Shown piece by piece: positions 55,712-64,000 of a stretch of DNA of 64,000 nucleotides; positions within the stretch are counted from its first letter, which is position 1; each line of letters starts with the position of its first letter. Made by a program: the position numbers and the translations under genes. This stretch comes from an uncultured candidate division Zixibacteria bacterium (GTDB taxonomy: Bacteria > Zixibacteria > MSB-5A5 > UBA10806). Below the pieces are notes generated by a model that worked only from the letters and a program-made list of their open reading frames with translations, was not told where the DNA came from and made no database searches. Location of the stretch: contig CAWDFP010000006.1 in the NCBI GenBank assembly GCA_963801605.1, forward strand, positions 1,056,001-1,120,000, read 5' to 3'.

Positions 55712-57040
55712 TTATATTGTTGGAAGGCTCGCCAGAGGCTTGAAAAAACGACGGCAATCGATGATCTTCACTTCTTTTTCGCCGCGTTTAATTATGGCCA
55801 AAGGGTAGCGATATTTTTTAATCCCGGCCGGCAAGGCTTTTTGCGGCGCCAGACGTTTGTTATAATCACGGTCCCTTATGGCAAACGCCCAATAATCGCC
55901 CGGGTCGTAATGGCATTTACGTTCATTCGAGGTCAATATGGCTTTTACGCCCCGTCCCAGGTCATATACATTTTTCATTGTTATAGATGGTGCATAGCCT
56001 GACCAGCGGCGTACCATTGGTGACAGCGCGTGCTCAAGCGTGCTTTTGCCGTTTCTCTTTCTGGTAAGCAGAGGATGAATATCGGAGTCTAAGACTATTA
56101 AAAGGCCGCCGGATGTGCTTTCCAGACTCTCGATCTGGGCCATCTGGCTTCCTTGCCTTTGAAGCTCGGTCACCGCGTTGGCTACCTCGATCCAATCGCC
56201 CGGCTTAAACGATTCTCCCGCGACCGGCTCCGGCTCCTCAACCAGGATGCTGCGCGTATCGATTGCTTTTATGGCGCGGGCGACAACGGCAGCATTTTCG
56301 TCGGACCATTTTATGCCTTCATTCAATCCATCGCTATTGGGAATTCCCCGATGTATCTCGATTCGATAATGCAGGTTACCCGGAATCAAGCCTCCTCCAA
56401 GATCGATCTCCCCAAAATTTAGCGGTAATTGGTGAGCCGATTGATCGATCTGTAAAGTGAGGGCGATATTGCCGGACGGTAAATTTTCTCTCAGAAAAAG
56501 CTCTGCCTCATCCGGAGTGCTTAAATTATCAGATGAGATTACTCGGACCTGACCGATCAGTTTGGCTCTCAAGCAAGTATCAGGACCTCCCAGGGCCGGT
56601 TCCCGCATGAGTTCATCATCAATATAGCTTGCAGTTTTTTTCCAGGCTTCGAGATATACAATCAAATCGCTTTTGCCCTCTGGCAACGCCGGCTCGGGAA
56701 AATCAAGTTGGGTTCTGAAAGTGGTGTCTTTTTGTAATTTATAAAGATAGCCCCCTATATATGCTATGCCGCGTGAGACGCTAAAATCGCATACACCACC
56801 GGAGCCGTTCGTAAAACCTTCGATAACAAAAGCGCGGGCATTGTCGTTGCGGATACTATTTGGTGCTAACGGAATGGCAAAAGGACCCAAAATATCAGAT
56901 GTTATTTGCCTGAAATATTCGTTTATCAGCTCGGCCTGTTCATTCCAATCGGAGTCGAGATCAACTCGACCCTGCTGTTTGAACACCGAGATATAATTTT
57001 CCAGAGGATTAAATGTAAATCTGGAGAAATCACCTTTCAT
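55712..57040 (-). CDS. DUF6519-like protein (family usually found in contractile injection system loci)
   Basis: MKGDFSRFTF.P..NY..VF.QQGRVDLDSDWNEQ, VYLEAW, EPALGGPDT..R, YRIEIH, KWS.ENA, GDYWAF.IR. Confidence 0.8.
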   Translation of the reverse strand: MKGDFSRFTFNPLENYISVFKQQGRVDLDSDWNEQAELINEYFRQITSDILGPFAIPLAPNSIRNDNARAFVIEGFTNGSGGVCDFSVSRGIAYIGGYLYKLQKDTTFRTQLDFPEPALPEGKSDLIVYLEAWKKTASYIDDELMREPALGGPDTCLRAKLIGQVRVISSDNLSTPDEAELFLRENLPSGNIALTLQIDQSAHQLPLNFGEIDLGGGLIPGNLHYRIEIHRGIPNSDGLNEGIKWSDENAAVVARAIKAIDTRSILVEEPEPVAGESFKPGDWIEVANAVTELQRQGSQMAQIESLESTSGGLLIVLDSDIHPLLTRKRNGKSTLEHALSPMVRRWSGYAPSITMKNVYDLGRGVKAILTSNERKCHYDPGDYWAFAIRDRDYNKRLAPQKALPAGIKKYRYPLAIIKRGEKEVKIIDCRRFFKPLASLPTI

Positions 57041-57122
57041 GCGATTTCCTTATTAAGACAAATAATTGCGTCTTCCAAACTGTCGACCTCGCGCTTAAGG
57101 GTTCCTGAGCCCAGCGACGGCC

Positions 57123-57151
57123 CTTATATCATTACCCCGTCAGGCTGTCAA
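57123..57151 (-). promoter_or_regulatory. Sigma70-type promoter for the DUF6519 gene
   Basis: TTGACA-17-TATAAG with an extended TG. Confidence 0.55.
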
Positions 57152-57460
57152 GTTTATAAATTAGTGAATTATTATTGTTTCAAATCCCGTTTCCGGGTGA
57201 TATTTTATGAAACAGCACGATGATTATATTTTGACCAGATTGAATGATATCGTTATCGCCATGTTCATATTATTGCGCGAGCCAATAATCTAAACAATTA
57301 CGCATCATATACTTATGAGCAGCTTGGATATTTTCTTGCTGTTTTTATGGGTATCCTCCCTCTATGAAGATGTTAGGTAATCTGCCGAATCAATAGTCAA
57401 GGATGTACCATTGGCTCGATAGTCCAGGGTATACCCGGGTTAAAAAAGGGGAGAAATGCG

Positions 57461-57850
57461 ATGAAAATAATAAAAGAAGTCGTCATTCGTTCCAGCATAT
57501 TAAATACCTGGTCCTGGTTAACCAAAGAAGAAATATTAAAAGGTTTGATGAGCGGCGCTAGTGACGCCGCTCAATCGACCAAGTGTTCGCTTTCTAAGGT
57601 AGCCACATCCAAAATATCCACAGAGCCGCCTCGAAAATTGTCTTTGGGCGGTGGAATGATTTCACCCGATATAGTTACCACCTTTGAACTTTCCGAACGA
57701 GGCGAGCGCACCGGTCTTCGCTTGACAATCAGCGGCTGGGAGACTGTTGATCCCGAAATTGCCCGGACGGAAATGCCCATGTTATCATTGGCTTGGGAAA
57801 AAAAGCTCGGCCTGTTGAAGCACACAATTGAATCTACTGATAATAATTAA
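57461..57850 (+). CDS. SRPBCC/AHSA1-like domain protein
   Basis: KEVVI......W..LT....L, EPP.KL, VTTFELSE.GE.T.L.LT.SGW, W...L..LK. Confidence 0.7.
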   Translation: MKIIKEVVIRSSILNTWSWLTKEEILKGLMSGASDAAQSTKCSLSKVATSKISTEPPRKLSLGGGMISPDIVTTFELSERGERTGLRLTISGWETVDPEIARTEMPMLSLAWEKKLGLLKHTIESTDNN

Positions 57851-57968
57851 GCCACAGACTAATAATTTATTATTTTAAGCCCCCCTCATATTTTTCATAG
57901 CCCCAAATAATGGAACTGGCCTTACCCATAGCTTTGTTTATCGCTTGACGTTACGGGACGGTTTGAGC

Positions 57969-57996
57969 TTGACATAGGTGTCCCGTTTTTTATATT
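57969..57996 (+). promoter_or_regulatory. Sigma70-type promoter for the lipoprotein/C25 operon
   Basis: TTGACA-16-TATATT, overlapped by an ACGGGAC...GTCCCGT inverted repeat. Confidence 0.5.
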
Positions 57997-58149
57997 GCCC
58001 TCTTAGAAAGGGTTGCGTTGTTTTTTTGCACCAGTGATTTGCGGCGGATCATTAATTGTTAGTTGAGAATCAAAAAAAGGGCAGCTTTACAGGTTATCGC
58101 CTGTCCTTAATTATATATATCCAATCTCATCGTTTTCCGGAGGAACACT

Positions 58150-59532
58150 GTGTATAATAATATGCGCTTAAAATCCGTTATGCTCAGAAATTCGCTTGCC
58201 TTATTTCTGGCGCTTACTGCTATACTATTAATGGCTGGATGTGGCAAAGATAAAGTAGTTACTCGTTATGCGTATCCTCCGTCTCCGGTGTCACTTATCT
58301 ATCCCATGGCCGATTCAATAGTTACCAGCAGCAATCCCACATTTCTCTGGCACAAGATACCTGATGCCACGAATTATCATCTACAGGTAGCCAAGCTCAG
58401 CGATTTTGTCACCACTACGATTAATACTCAAATTAGCGATACCAGCCATACTACGGTCACATCTCTGATTGATGATACCTATTACTGGAGAGTAAGGGCT
58501 CAGGACGCCAACGGTGTTTGGGGAGATTGGTCTGATTCCGAAATCAGGATTTTCTATAAAAGTGCAGTCGCCAATTATGTAACCTTATTATCGCAGACCT
58601 TAACAAATGGCGCCGCGCAGGATGTATACGTTAGTGGCGATACAGCCTATGTCGCCGATGGTCAGGCCGATTTATCGATGTTCGATATTACCAATCCGGC
58701 CAGTCCCAGGATGGTACTTAATATCGATACCGGCGATGATGATTTTGCCAAGGGTGTTTTTGTATTAGGTCACCAAACGCCCGAAATCGATACATTCCCA
58801 TTTGCCTATGTGGCCGATATGGATGGTAAAATTCAGGCCTTAAATACCAGAGATGCCTCGTCCACTCTTAGCCTTTCATTCGGGACCGATCAGAATCTCG
58901 AGGATATTTGCGGATTTGTCAGGTCCGATACGCTCTGGGTACTGGCCGTTTCAAGTGGATTCAACCGCCGGAAACTTTCTTTTTGGAAGATCATTTACGA
59001 TCCCTCCAGCGGCGGCGGCCCCAACCCCTTCAGCTATTTCTATCAGATCGATATGCCTGCTGATGCCTACGGTGTTTGCGCCGATTCGGCCTATGCTTAT
59101 GTAGCTTGCGGCAGTTCAGGAATTAAAATTGTTAGTATATCTGATATTTATAATCCAATTGTAATATCCGAATTAGCGTTAGAGGGCACGGCGCTTTCGG
59201 TCGGCGTTAAGGATAGTACGCTTTATGTTGCTGCCGATCGTGCCGGGCTTTTCGCTATTAATTTGGGTTCAGATCGACTTACTCCCACTATTGCGCATCA
59301 GGTTAACACAGTTGGCAGAACCAAGGATGTGCAGATTGTTGGCAATTATGCATTTCTTGCTGATGCCAATGGTGGTCTGAAAGTAGTTGATATCTCTGTT
59401 CCCGCCACGTCCCACGTTGTAGCTACCTATGTGACGCCGTATGCTTATGGCGTATGGGCCGATACCGATCGCATCCTGATTTGCGATAGGGATTACGGCC
59501 TGATGATATTTAGTAATCTCATATCCAAATAA
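58150..59532 (+). CDS. Lipoprotein with Fn3-like domain and LVIVD beta-propeller repeats
   Basis: Lipobox LMAGC; YYWRVRA; repeated V.G..AYVAD...GL.VVDIS.P. Confidence 0.85.
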   Translation: MYNNMRLKSVMLRNSLALFLALTAILLMAGCGKDKVVTRYAYPPSPVSLIYPMADSIVTSSNPTFLWHKIPDATNYHLQVAKLSDFVTTTINTQISDTSHTTVTSLIDDTYYWRVRAQDANGVWGDWSDSEIRIFYKSAVANYVTLLSQTLTNGAAQDVYVSGDTAYVADGQADLSMFDITNPASPRMVLNIDTGDDDFAKGVFVLGHQTPEIDTFPFAYVADMDGKIQALNTRDASSTLSLSFGTDQNLEDICGFVRSDTLWVLAVSSGFNRRKLSFWKIIYDPSSGGGPNPFSYFYQIDMPADAYGVCADSAYAYVACGSSGIKIVSISDIYNPIVISELALEGTALSVGVKDSTLYVAADRAGLFAINLGSDRLTPTIAHQVNTVGRTKDVQIVGNYAFLADANGGLKVVDISVPATSHVVATYVTPYAYGVWADTDRILICDRDYGLMIFSNLISK

Positions 59533-59556
59533 TTTAGGGCTTTTTCTGGAGGATTC

Positions 59557-62500
59557 ATGAAGGGTGTGTTAAAAGCGACTATAATGGTATTTTTGTTGTG
59601 TTTGTTGTTTGGAGGAAGCCTTGTTTGGGCTTCACAGACAGTAAGAGTTGTTCAGGATTTAGGTGATACGCAGGCAGAATTCTCCTGTCAAAAGCAGGGA
59701 AGCGGCGAGGTTATCGGGCTGAGTGTTCCGGCGATCGCATTAAATGACGTGACTGTAGGCGGCAAACCTTTCAAGGAATTATCACTCCCCGTTTCAGAAA
59801 AACTCGTAGCCGGCGAAACGAATCAGGAGGGCCTCCCCAGCATGCCCATTCTTACTTCGCTAATTATCCTGCCTGAAAATGCCGACCCTATCCTGTCCAT
59901 TCAATACTCAAGCTACGAAACTATTGAGAATGTCGATATTGCCCCCACTCAGCCGCCGACGCTGGAGGGTGAACAGAGCATACCGGCATTTACCCAAAAC
60001 GAAAGTTTCTATTCGCAGGATATCTTTTATCCGGAAAAACTTGCTGATTTTCAGGAACCTGCTATCATGCGGGATATCAGGTTTTCGCAAATATCCATTT
60101 CTCCGGTCCAATATAATCCGGCTCGAAGAGAGCTCAGGGTTTATCACGATCTTAGCGTCAGTGTAGCCTATGATTTCCAGCACGTGACAAATCCTCAAAC
60201 TATTAGAAGGCCATATCTTTCCGAGGCTTTTTATCCGCTATATAAATCGCTCTTTGCTAATTTCGACGAAATTTTTACTAATACCGAAGTTAAAAGAGGC
60301 GGTTATGTGATTTTAACCAAGCCGATGTTTGTCGATTCTCTGGCGGCCTTTGCCAACTGGAAACACAGAAAAGGATATACTGTTCGTATTGTCCCCACGA
60401 CTGAAATTAACACCAACGGTAATCCAACGGCCGCGCAGATAAGGACCTTCTTAACTAACGCTTATAATACCTGGGACGTGCCTCCGGAATACATTATGAT
60501 CGTGGGCGATCAGGACAACACGAGTTCCACAGGGATTATTGATTATCCATATAGCGGTTACACATCGGATCATCAATATTCGATGTTAGCCGGGACTGAT
60601 TATTTACCTGATGCTTTCGTGGCGCGGCTCAGTATAGATAATATGACAGATTTCCGCAGAACGATTGCGAAAGTGATAGCCTATGAAACCACGCCCAATA
60701 TGTCAGACACGACTTATTGGCATCGTGGCCTTTCCGTTGCCGGTAATATTAATTCGAATACACCGAGAATAATAGTGCTCTGGGCGCGACAGATGATGTT
60801 TGATCACGGCTTTTCTCAGGTTGATACCGTTTTCGATTGGGGCGGTGGTGGAGGTGGAAACCTGATTACAGCTTCGATGAACCGCGGAGTCGCTATGGTG
60901 AATTATCGCGGATGGGCAGGGCCGTCAGGATGGTATAATCCGAGTTTCGATGTAAGTTCTCTTAATGCCGTTCAGAATACTAATAAGCTTGGCGTTATGG
61001 CCTCCATAGTTTGCGGAACGGGCGATTATGGCCCGGGTGGTGTTGATCCTTGCTTCGGAGAAACCTGGGTGCGCATGGGGGCCTCCCCTACGTCGTTTAA
61101 GGGTGGCCCGGCATTTTATGGCATAACCGATCATAGCACGCATACTCAGTACAACAACCCCAATATGGTTGGGTATATTTGGGGTATTTTCGGTGAAAAG
61201 ATAACGCATTTTGCAGCCGCAACTGTTAGGGGCAAAATGCAGCTTTACAGAACATTTCCGGGATCAAATGGTTCGGGAAGTGTAGTAAATCTGTATTTTA
61301 ATACCTGCAATGCGCTTGGTGATCCGGAAGTTGAAGTTAGGACCATGGTTCCCATTAGAATTACTGTAAGCCATCCTGATTCTCTGGCTCTGGGAGTAAA
61401 CCATATTGAAATAAACGTAACAGATACTCTTGCTCAGCCTTTAACGGGATTATACGTTACATTGACCAAGGGGTATAATAGCAGCGAGGAAGTATTCAAG
61501 GTTGGCCAAACCGATGAAACCGGTAGGGTAGCGCTATCATTCGCGGCTGCCACCGCCGATACAATGTTCGTTACTGTTTCAGGTGGACAGGTTATTCCAT
61601 ATAAGGGAATAGTTCAAATAGTGCAGTCGGATCTGGCAGTCGGCTATGATTCGCTTACAATAGACGACGACATTTCCGGTTTCTCATTTGGCAACGATGA
61701 TGGAATTGTCAATCCTGGTGAAACAGTGGAACTGGGTTTGATACTAAAGAATTTCGGCTCAACCATCAGTGCTCATAATGTGCAGGCTACGCTCGAGACG
61801 ATGGACCCCGAATTGGTTTCAATTTTCGATGCACACGAAGCGTATGGCAATATTGATCCCGGCCAATTGGCATTTCCTGCTTCACCTTATGTCATTAAAA
61901 TTAACGAATCGGCGCAAAGCGGCGATTTGGCCAAAGTTAAACTTTCGGTTACAGATAGCACCAATGATTTTTGGTATTCGGTGATCGAATTGCCCATAGT
62001 TTCCCCTAAATTCTCCGTGACTTCTATAGCTTTCCAGGACAGTAACAGCCGTCTCGATCCCGGAGATTCTCTCCAGCTATCACTTACCATTCGCAATGTA
62101 GGACAAAAAAACGCTGAGGGAGTCGAGGGCAAGCTTTTAAGCGAGGATGATTATACCAGGGTAATCAGATCGCAGTGCAGTTTTGGTAATATGGCGATTG
62201 ACAGTTCGGCGACAAGCCAGGGTACTCCTTTGATCCTTAAATGCAGCCCGGAAACTTTTAATGGCCGCAGTATCAACTTGGCACTTGAAGTGACCACTTC
62301 ATCGGGAGAGAAATCGATCGTTCCGTTTACCGCCACGGTGGGACTTGCTACTACCAGGGATCCGTCGGGACCTGATGCTTATGGCTACTATATGTATGAC
62401 AACACTGACACGACATATGCCCCGCATCCAACTTATTCCTGGGTTGAAATCAATCCGGACAGCGGCGGCGCGGGAATCAGGCTGAATTTAGGTTCTACCT

Positions 62501-63903
62501 GCGATGATAAATCGATATTAGCCACTCCGCCATTCGATATTAGATACTATGGGCAGCAATTCAATTATTTGATCGCCTGTACCAACGGTTTTGTTGCTTT
62601 TGACACTTCCAGATTCGATATGGCTGGTAATTTCTTCTATAATTTCTTCAACTGGCCGATTCCGGACCCGGGAAACGCCAGCGGGCAGATCTCGCCCTTC
62701 TGGGATGATTTACAGTATGCCACAGTTCATACGGGAATTTACACCTGGAACGATAGCACCGAGCACAGATTTGTTATTGAATGGTCCGGTTTTACAAATA
62801 GAAACACCAGTGCCAGGGAAACTTTCGAGATGATATTTTATGACCCTGCGTACTATCCGACCATTACTGGGGACGCATCTTTTGTTTTCCAGTATCGAGT
62901 TGTCAATAATAACGATTCCGGCGAAAACTACGCCTCGGTAGGTTTTGAAAGCCCAAGTCAAGTGATGGGCTTACAATATACTTTCGCCAATCGGTATCTG
63001 GCAACGGCGCCCACTCTAGCTGCTGGCCGTGCCATTCTGGTTACGACCAACACTGGCCGCGGAGGCGTCCAGGGTGGTGTAGAGCTTAATAACGGTGGGA
63101 ATAACAGCGGAGTAACAATATCAGCATCCACCGGCCAGCAACGCACTACCGGCCATGATGGGATATTCTGGTTGCGTGACGTTCCTCCGGGGATCATATC
63201 CTTGAAGGCTGAGTCGCCGGGATATTTCCCAGAATCTCTCGATAGCATTGTGATTGCCCAGGATCAGACTACGACTGGTATCAGGTTTAATCTAACTCAA
63301 TGTATGGTACCTGATAGCTTAACCGCATCAGAGACATTTGAAAACAGGGTGGAAGTTAGATGGCACGCCGTGGTTAATCCTCGCTTGACAGGCTACAATA
63401 TTTATCGTTCTCGCTGGCAGAGCGGTGAGTATACCAAACTAAATAGCTCACCGATAAGCGGTACTCTATATACTGATAGTGCAGTACCGGATACCGGCCT
63501 CTATTGGTACTCTGTAAAAGCTATCTACACAGATTCTTCCTGGAGCGGGGAATCGTTTGCATCCAATTCGGATTGCGGACGGCTATTTTCGTCTCAAGGC
63601 ATAGCCGAAGGCCGATTAATACCGGAGACATTTTCGCTTTCACAAAACTACCCCAATCCCTTCAATCCCACAACTACCATATCTTTTGGCTTGCCAAAGG
63701 ACAGCCAGGTAAAGGTGGAGGTTTACAATCTCTTGGGACAGAAGGTTAAGGTCCTTTTTAACGGGCTTGCAAAGGCAGGTTACAAGAGCCTAATTTGGGA
63801 TGGTAAAGATAATGCCGGTAAGCCTGTATCATCAGGCGTGTATTTCTACCGGATCGATGCTGGTAGCTATCACGATTCCAAGAAAATGATGATGCTTAAG
63901 TAG
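59557..63903 (+). CDS. C25 family (gingipain-like) peptidase with propeptide, NIDO-like and Fn3 domains and FlgD/T9SS-type tail
   Basis: G.P.MP propeptide, PVQYNP, WKHRKGY, PEYIMIVGD, SDHQY...G.DYLPDAFVARLS, SIVC, N.LGDP; QNYPNPFNP...KKMMMLK. Confidence 0.88.
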   Translation: MKGVLKATIMVFLLCLLFGGSLVWASQTVRVVQDLGDTQAEFSCQKQGSGEVIGLSVPAIALNDVTVGGKPFKELSLPVSEKLVAGETNQEGLPSMPILTSLIILPENADPILSIQYSSYETIENVDIAPTQPPTLEGEQSIPAFTQNESFYSQDIFYPEKLADFQEPAIMRDIRFSQISISPVQYNPARRELRVYHDLSVSVAYDFQHVTNPQTIRRPYLSEAFYPLYKSLFANFDEIFTNTEVKRGGYVILTKPMFVDSLAAFANWKHRKGYTVRIVPTTEINTNGNPTAAQIRTFLTNAYNTWDVPPEYIMIVGDQDNTSSTGIIDYPYSGYTSDHQYSMLAGTDYLPDAFVARLSIDNMTDFRRTIAKVIAYETTPNMSDTTYWHRGLSVAGNINSNTPRIIVLWARQMMFDHGFSQVDTVFDWGGGGGGNLITASMNRGVAMVNYRGWAGPSGWYNPSFDVSSLNAVQNTNKLGVMASIVCGTGDYGPGGVDPCFGETWVRMGASPTSFKGGPAFYGITDHSTHTQYNNPNMVGYIWGIFGEKITHFAAATVRGKMQLYRTFPGSNGSGSVVNLYFNTCNALGDPEVEVRTMVPIRITVSHPDSLALGVNHIEINVTDTLAQPLTGLYVTLTKGYNSSEEVFKVGQTDETGRVALSFAAATADTMFVTVSGGQVIPYKGIVQIVQSDLAVGYDSLTIDDDISGFSFGNDDGIVNPGETVELGLILKNFGSTISAHNVQATLETMDPELVSIFDAHEAYGNIDPGQLAFPASPYVIKINESAQSGDLAKVKLSVTDSTNDFWYSVIELPIVSPKFSVTSIAFQDSNSRLDPGDSLQLSLTIRNVGQKNAEGVEGKLLSEDDYTRVIRSQCSFGNMAIDSSATSQGTPLILKCSPETFNGRSINLALEVTTSSGEKSIVPFTATVGLATTRDPSGPDAYGYYMYDNTDTTYAPHPTYSWVEINPDSGGAGIRLNLGSTCDDKSILATPPFDIRYYGQQFNYLIACTNGFVAFDTSRFDMAGNFFYNFFNWPIPDPGNASGQISPFWDDLQYATVHTGIYTWNDSTEHRFVIEWSGFTNRNTSARETFEMIFYDPAYYPTITGDASFVFQYRVVNNNDSGENYASVGFESPSQVMGLQYTFANRYLATAPTLAAGRAILVTTNTGRGGVQGGVELNNGGNNSGVTISASTGQQRTTGHDGIFWLRDVPPGIISLKAESPGYFPESLDSIVIAQDQTTTGIRFNLTQCMVPDSLTASETFENRVEVRWHAVVNPRLTGYNIYRSRWQSGEYTKLNSSPISGTLYTDSAVPDTGLYWYSVKAIYTDSSWSGESFASNSDCGRLFSSQGIAEGRLIPETFSLSQNYPNPFNPTTTISFGLPKDSQVKVEVYNLLGQKVKVLFNGLAKAGYKSLIWDGKDNAGKPVSSGVYFYRIDAGSYHDSKKMMMLK

Positions 63904-63924
63904 CGTCATTATTGAATTAGCAAG

Positions 63925-63960
63925 AAAAGGCGGTTTCCATCCGGAGGCCGTCTTTTTTTT
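63925..63960 (+). terminator. Intrinsic terminator
   Basis: AAAAGGCGGTTTCC...GGAGGCCGTCTTTTTTTT. Confidence 0.7.
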
Positions 63961-64000
63961 CGGCACGCCGCCAGGGTTCCGCCTCCTGACCCAAAGGGTC

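Overview
Bacterial chromosomal window of about 45% GC (by eye), most likely from an uncultured FCB-group genome. The C-terminal dockerin-like module and FlgD/T9SS-type tails point to candidate phylum Zixibacteria, which is an inference. It carries housekeeping genes (gyrA 5' part, DUF721-gyrB, ispE-spoVG, ychF, lon, ltaE, csp, dnaE) and surface-glycan genes (wzi-like, wbpA-like, rmd-like, gmd, polyprenol-P-mannose synthase, epimerase). There is also a large secreted/surface complement: five proteins with a 'YPNPFN...K.L.LK' sorting tail, a PorV-family gene, a gingipain-like C25 peptidase and a ~2,300-aa dockerin-tailed protein. Several genes, including essential gyrB and also lon, are split by 1-nt indels, often in homopolymers, which are most likely long-read errors. 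The most striking non-coding signal lies downstream of gyrB: an AT-rich trypsin-like protease gene bracketed by a 48-bp direct repeat of a GTAG-type REP arm, followed by ~570 bp packed with about nine REP/REPIN-like units from several families. Other oddities are a nested-palindrome element at 7.3-7.5 kb, a stand-alone eCIS-associated DUF6519-like gene with its own promoter, a tandem duplicated beta-propeller gene with a 301-bp identical core, and several apparently leaderless genes. No rRNA, tRNA, CRISPR array or transposase was recognised.
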